From the NCBI RefSeq assembly GCF_009914755.1, contig NC_060926.1: 64,000 nucleotides of DNA; one strand, given 5' to 3'. Positions 55,836 to 64,000 of this stretch are shown here, one piece after another. This DNA comes from the human T2T-CHM13v2.0 reference genome, Homo sapiens. Under the pieces are notes generated by a model, which had not been told where the DNA came from, did not search any database, and saw nothing but the letters and a program-made list of their open reading frames with translations. The position numbers were made by a program, and so were the translations under genes. Every line of letters starts with the position of its first letter. The stretch's first letter is position 1.

Positions 55836-58012
55836 ATATAGATATACAGATAGAGATACAGTTTTTTCCTCAGGAAAGTCAGTGTTAAATAAGGCTCTCA
55901 ACTGAGCATAAGGATGAGGACAGGTAAACGATAGGGGAATCTAATTCAAATGAGTAGTTCAGGGAAGGCTTCTTCAGGAAGGGGATCATTAACACTAAAA
56001 CTTGAAGGGCACATGCACTTATGTGTTATGTGGATAAATTACCAGGGGAAGTACTGGAGAGAACTAGAGAGAAAGAAGCAAGATTCAACATGGTTTTTTA
56101 AAAAAGCGTGATGTTAAAAAAAAAAATTTACAGGAAATTACCCTAAGTCAGTCAGTGTTTCTTAAGGCTGAGCATTAAGAGAAATAATTCTTGGGGATGT
56201 TAAAAGCTCAGATGTGTGGGAACTATCTTAGGCCTGTTGAAAAGAAACTTAATGAGGCCACAACAGGTCTGAAGCAGTGGCAATCTTGAAAAAAAACACA
56301 GAAAAAGACAGAGACTGAAGACCAATGCAAGCAATTCTAATTCCAGACCCAAAGAAATGAGATAATAATTATAATTTCTAAATAAAGTCAACTTTCTACT
56401 AATGTACAGAAAGAGAAACCCAGGGCAATATTTAAAGTGAAGAAATGAAAAAAAGATAACATATCTGTAAAACTGTGCATCTATAACTTAATTTTGTAAG
56501 AATAAATACTGCTTTTACTAGTAACTTAAAGAAAAAGGTTGTGATTTAGACAAATAATAAGGAAGAAGTAAATTGAATTCAGTTAGTGACCGATTAGAAA
56601 TATCAAGTTTCTTGACTCAAACACCCTATTTATTTTTCTAAGTTAGAGTAAGGCTTAGAAAACAGCAAGTATGGTCTTAAAAATTATTAGCAAAACTCAG
56701 AAGTTCTCCCTCAAATCAGGAATTCCTCTCTCTCTTTCTTACTCACATGCATGCACACACACGAGCAGATTCTAATCACAGTGAAAAATACCAAGATCGA
56801 TAAATATGCTATTCAGATATAAGAAACTTTAATATTTTATAATATTTGCCCTATATTTTTAAAGGAATAATAGGGTTATAGTTAAAACCTGTTTTGCATT
56901 ACCATCTCAGTCTTACTTCTTTCACTTCTTCCCTTTGCAAAAAATGTCATTTTACTGAACATTAAATATTTAGATCTAGGTCATTTCCTTTAAATGCTGT
57001 CTGAACATTTACGTATGAATGTATTACAATTTATATACCCATTCCTCTAATAATAGAAATTTAATATTATTCCCAGTTTTCGATATTACAAAACATTGCA
57101 ATAAATATCAATATTTGTATCTCTTTGTGGAGGTTATCAAAGTTCCCCTTTAGCGTTCCTATTTAGAAATGGGAGTTCTAAGTTGCAACAGATACTGGTG
57201 TTACTAAATCTCATCCTTTTCCTCTATTTTTTAGTTCATGTTTCTGCCCCCACTTGTACCTAATCACACTCACCAAAAGGGTGGTAGGTGTGGCTGGGTT
57301 TCTTGCCTGTCACTGTGTGATGGTTTGAAGCAGCTAATCCTTTCAAAAGCTAAATGGAATGCAAAGACTTAGCCCTATTTTAGAGATAAAGAAGGCTAAG
57401 TTAGAACACACCAAGTATGTTTTTTAGATATCATCAAGCAAATGGAATATCCATTATTGTAACTGAAAAGTCTGGGCTGTTTCAACTGAGTTCAAAAGCC
57501 ACAGTAAAACATCAATTTAGAAGCAAGCTGTTAGAGAAAATATGCCTGTGAATGTGTATGTCTGTGTGTGTTTGTGTATAAAAATATATGATGTAGCTTA
57601 TAACACAAATAAGTCAGCCTCCTACCCACTACACATGTGTGCACGTGTACACACAGACACACAGAAAAACATGCATTGTATCAGGGCTATTTGCAGACCA
57701 CCTATAATATTGGATTATAAATTACTGCCTTTAATAACATAGTTTTGCCGGCAGCTTGGTAGGAAGTCCCCAGTAAGAATTAATTTGAAGGATATAGTTG
57801 CAACGTCTTTCTACTTTCCAAATATTTCCCTTGTATACTTCAACAGTGCCTGGTATTTCAACATTAGTGATTTATTCACTTGTTTTCAGGCACTGAAATC
57901 TCCAAAGGTCCTACTTTCAAAATAAAATTTTAAAATTTATAGAAGAAATGTATTATGCCACTAAGATCAGAATGATTGAATAGATCTAAAGCATTTATAA
58001 CCATTTCCCTTT

Positions 58013-58201
58013 CAGGGGTGTCCAAGGGAGATAATAGAGTCATAGATTCTTAGTTCTGTTTCTGGTTGGGCCAGCGAAATACCTTCCTCATCCCTTTTCT
58101 GCTTGTCACTAGAGACAGAAACTAAAAGCCATGGCTCAGGCTGCCAAAAGCTTAAAACAAAACAACAATAACAATAAAATAAGGCAGGTTGGACAAGCTT
58201 G
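58013..58201. mobile_element. hAT MITE (MER107-like)
   Basis: Ends caggggtgtccaa / ttggacaagcttg form imperfect TIRs; internal actagagacagaaactaaaa. Confidence 0.7.
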
Positions 58202-58524
58202 TGGGATGGTGAGGGTGTAACAAGTCCTGGAGAAGGTATGTTCCAATAGACAGCAGGCAAGAGTAGATGGGAGAGGGCTTCCCACAGTGGCTCACCTAGA
58301 ACACATCTCTAAATGTCTTCTTTAAACACCATTTCCTTTCCCCAGCATAGCTGATAAACTCTCTCTATATTCTCACCCATCGAGGCCTCTTTTTATCACA
58401 CTTCATTTCCTTCCTTATTCTAACTCTCTGTGCCCTCAGGTTCTGAGCTACTCCTGCCATGGGCAGCCCCTCCACACCCTCAACCTCAACAAGGCTCATG
58501 TGATTCTCTCTTCATTCCAGGGCA

Positions 58525-58726
58525 ATATTTCTCAATCTTGGCATGATTGCCAGTTTGAGCAGATTAATTCTTTGTTGTAGAGGCAATCTTGCGCATTATA
58601 GGATGCTTGCTAGCATCCTTGGCCTCTAGTAATTAGATGTCAGTAGGATCTCCCCAGTTGTGACAACCAAAAATGTCCCTAGACATGGTCAAATGTGCCC
58701 TGGGGGACAAACAATTGAGAACCACT
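58525..58726. mobile_element. MER20 (hAT-Charlie MITE)
   Basis: taattctttgttgt, ccagttgtgacaaccaaaaatgtc and ttgagaaccact motifs. Confidence 0.85.
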
Positions 58727-58778
58727 TTTCTGGATATAATCTCTATCTCATTACACTGGTAATTGCAATGCAGAGTAG

Positions 58779-59216
58779 TGTCAAACATAAATAATGAGAT
58801 TCAGAAACTATGTGAAGTATAGTGTTTATCTGAGTGCAAAGCTTGAAGATGACCACCTGGAAAACACATACTCTAAAACAATGGGTCTTCGTTCCTAAGT
58901 GGATAAGTCAAGGTTTCATTTATATAGGGAGAGTTGCAACATTTTCCATACAAGGTCAGTGCATAGGTTATGGCAACTTGATAAGTTACAGATTGCCATA
59001 ATAAAAGGAAGATTGCCTTGACATTCCATGAGGAGGGGTGATGATCTGAGTGGGGTCTTATCTCTGCTGCCACAAGGCCTTTCTTAATCATTTATAGGAA
59101 GGGGAAGAAGTTCCAGCTGCACACTATGTGACTCATGCCACATAGCCAGAATCCTCTCTGGGTTCAAAATGCCTTAAAGTTCCAACAGTTTCAAGTTTGA
59201 ATTATTTAATTTTACA
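58779..59216 (-). mobile_element. ERV1-class solo LTR (subfamily uncertain)
   Basis: TG...CA ends; gtttatctgagtgcaaagcttgaagatg and tttgaattatttaattttaca. Confidence 0.55.
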
Positions 59217-60140
59217 GTAGAAAAAGATGTCAGGAAGAGTACTGAGAAAGTATCTAACCCAGAATAAAGAGTTCGGAGAGGGATCCCTAAAGGATGTCAG
59301 AAATGTCAACGCATATGGTTGGGAAAGAGTTTTCTAGGTTGAGATACATCACATACGGAAGCCTGCTGATAAATGATAATGAAACATCAGGGGAAATATT
59401 AAGTAATTCAGAGTACCAGCAGGGAAGTGGTGAAATACTGCTGGAGGAGGTGGGTGAAAGGAACAGGATGAAGAGTGTTGTGTACTAAGATGAGTTTGAC
59501 CTTCTCCTGAGGTCAAGAGGGGACCACCGAAGCATTTTAAACACACAAATAGTTTCATTTTAGTAAAGTTCTTCTGGTAGCCTGTGGAAATCAAAGTCAA
59601 CAAACATAGAGACTATTAGGAGACTATTATACATCTTAGATAACATTCGTGTAATGTTTAGGGCAATGTGGTCATTGACTAGGTCAACTAGGTAAATCTT
59701 AGTGTCATCCTCTTTCTACATCATAATTTCAACAAAGCCATGGCTGTTGGCGATTCAAAAAGGAAATATCATTGTCACATAGTGAGTCCGGAAAGAAGGT
59801 AAAACATGCTCATGAGCTCTTACTCATATTTTTCATTGTATTTTTTTAGAATTTAATTTTTACTTATTATTTTCTCAATCTATAAAATTTGAAATTCTCA
59901 CAAGCCTTAGCATGTAAACTCTGTTACTGTCTTCACACCTTTGGGAGATCTCATCCAGTCTCAGGGCCATAAATATAACCTATATTTTGTTAACTTTAAT
60001 TTACATCTCTAGCTTGAATTCCCCCACTTAATTCCCAAAAACAACTCAACATATCAACTTAGATGCTTAATAGGGACCCCTCACAATCTATCAGTAAATT
60101 CTGAAAGCACTATAATTAATAGACATATACCTATACCTAA

Positions 60141-60182
<42 letters not shown>
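60141..60182. repeat. (CT)n(CA)n microsatellite
   Basis: Directly visible. Confidence 0.95.
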
Positions 60183-61937
60183 AATGGTTAGTTTCCAACA
60201 TTATTTCTTCTTACTTTTTCTCTAAAACTGGTTACAGTGTGAGTTTCCATTTTATAATCAATCTTTACTCAGCTAACACTAGCTATTGCGCTTTATAGTT
60301 AAACATTAGACTGGCCGTTATGGCTTACTATTATGAGAATCAATGTTTTATTTGACACTTTGTGCCTCAAAGCTGCTTATTATTAAATTGTGGCAGCACT
60401 ATTACTTCCCAAATGTGTTGGCCTCAACCTAATCCCCAAATCCTTGTAGGCACATGTCCATGGGCATGTTATTAACTGAAAGTACTTACTCACACAGCCT
60501 TACCAACTTTAAAAAAACAAGGAAAATCTGAAGGAAAAAAAAGTCATGTAATATTAATAGCACATATTGTATTATAAATTATTCTGTAACAAATAAGCAA
60601 ATGTAAAAATGATGCTGTATTCACCCCCCAACTTAATCTTGTGTAGTGGCATACTGTGAAATAGCATATCTCATTTCCCAGTCTAATGAGTTATTGTAAA
60701 TACTGTTTGGTCAAAATTACATGTGTATAAAACCTTAGGTCTCGTGTTTCTTGATATTTCTGTGTTTGAAGTCTGTGGTAACTTGTCATGGCAGCCTGAA
60801 CTGACTAAGAGAGGACCCATTCTGATGCTATCAAATATTAACAAATAATTGAGATCCTGCTCCACTGAAGACTTCTTTGTCCTCAATTGTAGATGGAGGG
60901 AATGGGCTGTTAATAGAAATGATTGTAAGAAAGTCCAAAGTGGTTTGGTATGGTACATTTAATAATTTAAATCTGATTATGCTATTTTCCCTTTTGGTTT
61001 AACATGTATCAAACAAACAAAAAGTCATGTCCTGGTCATATGGTGCCTTAGATTTAGGGAAAAAAATAAAAATAGAAAATAAAAGAGAGGAAAAGAGATA
61101 CCTCAATCCTTTCATCCCACTGTGCTTAACTGAAAGAACTGCATTTGATAACTTTACTTTGCTATCGTTTAGGAGACTCTCCTTAATTTGATTCTGTTCA
61201 ACTTATCCAGATGCTATTTAACACATGTCTTCTGTAGAAGCTGTCTTACTTCCCACACTCCCTCCCACTTTTATACATTAGTCAAACCATTACCTCATCC
61301 CTGAAATGACCTCTCTCCCTGAATGCCTAAGTTTACCTACTCCTCAAGACCTCCTCCTATTTTATTTATATTATGCTTTTACTTTTTAATTCATGATGTT
61401 CAGTGTGAAAAAGTTGTAAGATTAAAAACATTAATTTCCATTTTAAGGAATTTATAGTATTCTAATCGGTAAAACACTTTCAATACAAACTGATATATTA
61501 TACAAACAATAATATAGCCTTATACATGTATACTATTAGTATTCTAATTGGTTAAGCACACTTTCAATATAAACTAATGTATTAACATAGCTTATACATG
61601 TAATATATATATAAAATGTATAAGGCTATGTTATAATTATTAATACTATATTAAATGTATTAAGCAAACATAAAATAGCCTTATATGAGTAAAAAGTAGA
61701 AGCGTCTGGAGGGAATAGGTGAAATTCAGAGAGGAATGTTTAACAATTTTGTAGAATGGGAAATTAGGAGATTGGGAGGAGAAGTTCAGGAAGAATTCAC
61801 ATAACTGCAATGATCCTCCCTTCTGATACTCTTATCTGCCCTATCATTTGTGACATCTTATACATTGGACCCGCCATTTTCTCTGTGTACTTTATCTTTG
61901 TAATGAGATTGTGAATTCATGTGAAGAGCAGACATGA

Positions 61938-62415
<478 letters not shown>

Positions 62416-62701
62416 TAACCAAAGTGTTCTTCTAATGCACTAGAAAATGATGGGAAGGGCAGAGAATAGTCTCAAAAACTTTTATCAACTAGAACTGTGT
62501 GATGCAAATGCTCAGCTTCATATTTGCCTCAAATGAAGCTGAGCTATTCTCTTTGCTTTCCCATGTAGGGAGCTGGACTTGGACTACCCACAGCCTTTGG
62601 TCGGCTGATGGCTGTTTAATCACAAACAAAGAGATTCCAGGACAAGTAACAATAGCTTTTGTTTAAAAAGGACTTCATATGTCACAAAATTCATTATCAC
62701 C

Positions 62702-63077
62702 TGTGCATTGGTTAGCTCAGGCTTCCATAACAAAATACTTCAGACTGTGTGGATTAAACAACAGATCTTATTTTATCATCGTTCTGGAGGCTGTATATCC
62801 AAGATTAGCCTGCCAGAGTGGTAAGGGTCTGGTAAGGGCCCTCTTCCTGGCTTGCAGATGGTCAACTTATCACTGTGTCCTCAGATGGCCTTTTCTCTGT
62901 GTGCACACAGAAAAGAGAGAGAGAGGGTGAGATAGACAGAGAGTTAGATCTCTGGTTTCTATTCTCATAAGAACACTTAATTACTCTCTTATGGTTTCCA
63001 TTTCTAAATACAGCCACACTGGGAGTTAGGGCTTCCCTATGTGACTTTTGGGGAGACACAGACATTCAATCTATAAC
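62702..63077 (-). mobile_element. MLT1A-like MaLR solo LTR
   Basis: ccataacaaaatac, gttctggaggctg, cttcctggcttgcagatgg and end gacattcaatctataaca. Confidence 0.85.
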
Positions 63078-64000
63078 AACCCGTTACCACCTGGAATCCT
63101 CAGATTAGTAAAGAAGGAAGGACAAGAATTAATATAACCATTTGCCAATGAAGCACTGAATATCAGGGAGCTTACAGATTGTTCCAAATCATAGAAGCAG
63201 CAAATCTTAGAATTTTTGAAACCAGAAGTTGTGTGCAAGTGTTTCTTCCCCATGTTTCTGTCCATTACTGATGTTGGTGCCAACTTGGAGTTCAATGCAG
63301 AAGTCTTGTGGAATATGAGGGTAGGAAAGCTGGGTTATGTGCATTTTAGAATGAAAATGTGAACCATCTAGAATTTTATCTTTATCTTGGCTTTTAAAAA
63401 AAAGAATTTTCCAGATGCACTTAATGCTCTAGGAGGTAGGCAGAGGATTAGAAAAGAAGAATAAGACAAAGTTGAATGATAATGAGCTTCAGGGCATCAG
63501 AATAAGACCTCTGGATCTGAATGTTTGTTATAGGATACTTTTTAGAAAAAAAATGTGTTATTTTAAACCATGTTGTTTGTCATAGTGAAAGGATTATTTA
63601 TATTCATTACTTGTTAACATTGGTCTTTTAACGTTTTTGTAGCTTCCTGTAAGCATTCATGAACAACAAAAATGTTTTCTTTTAAGAGAGTAAGAAACAA
63701 AAAGGACATGCCTATAATTCTTATTTTGAAATAAGATAAAATTACTTAGATACAAGGAGATATTTTGGGAGAAGATGTCTTTTACTACTTAATAAAATTT
63801 ACTTTCTTCCTCAAAGATAAGAAAACAACAGTAATAGGAACCAGAACAAAACAACCTTCTTGATTTCTAAGAAATTGAATTAATTTTCCCTTCAATGATA
63901 ATCTTTTTCATCCCCTTCTTTTTTTTTTTTCTTTTTTTTCTTTTTTTTTTAACAAGACCTAGCATCAGCTTTGGTAGAGCAACTGACTAAGGAGGTACAC

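Noticed and set aside
55428-55836. YLSI-repeat ORFs
   Set aside because: Read-through of the (TCTA)n microsatellite.
63900-64000. Long polypyrimidine tract followed by AG and a later gag|gtac (possible micro-exon)
   Set aside because: Weak donor site at the window edge; a T-rich simple repeat explains it.

Overview
AT-rich, CpG-poor primate (human-like) genomic DNA, most likely intergenic or deep-intronic. I found no supportable protein-coding exon, RNA gene or CpG island. The listed ORFs are decayed L1/ERV/Alu frames, microsatellite read-through or chance. The window is dominated by interspersed repeats: a full-length old L1 (L1PA15/16-like) carrying a HERV-L LTR (MLT2A-like), a 5'-intact but 3'-truncated L1PB-like element, an ERVL-type pol remnant, about 15 solo LTRs, 8 Alu pieces, DNA-transposon MITEs, and L2/MIR relics. 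Subfamily names come from recalled consensus sequences and need RepeatMasker/Dfam confirmation. I cannot support a new gene system here. The most interesting signals are structural: (1) a near-identical 176-bp inverted templated insertion that duplicates a DUX4-type motif from the MLT2A LTR; (2) an Alu and an L1 sharing one target-site motif; (3) a possible internally primed L1; (4) an expanded MADE1 (miR-548-like) hairpin; (5) a perfect 21-bp-arm palindrome; (6) an Alu with a T-rich tail.
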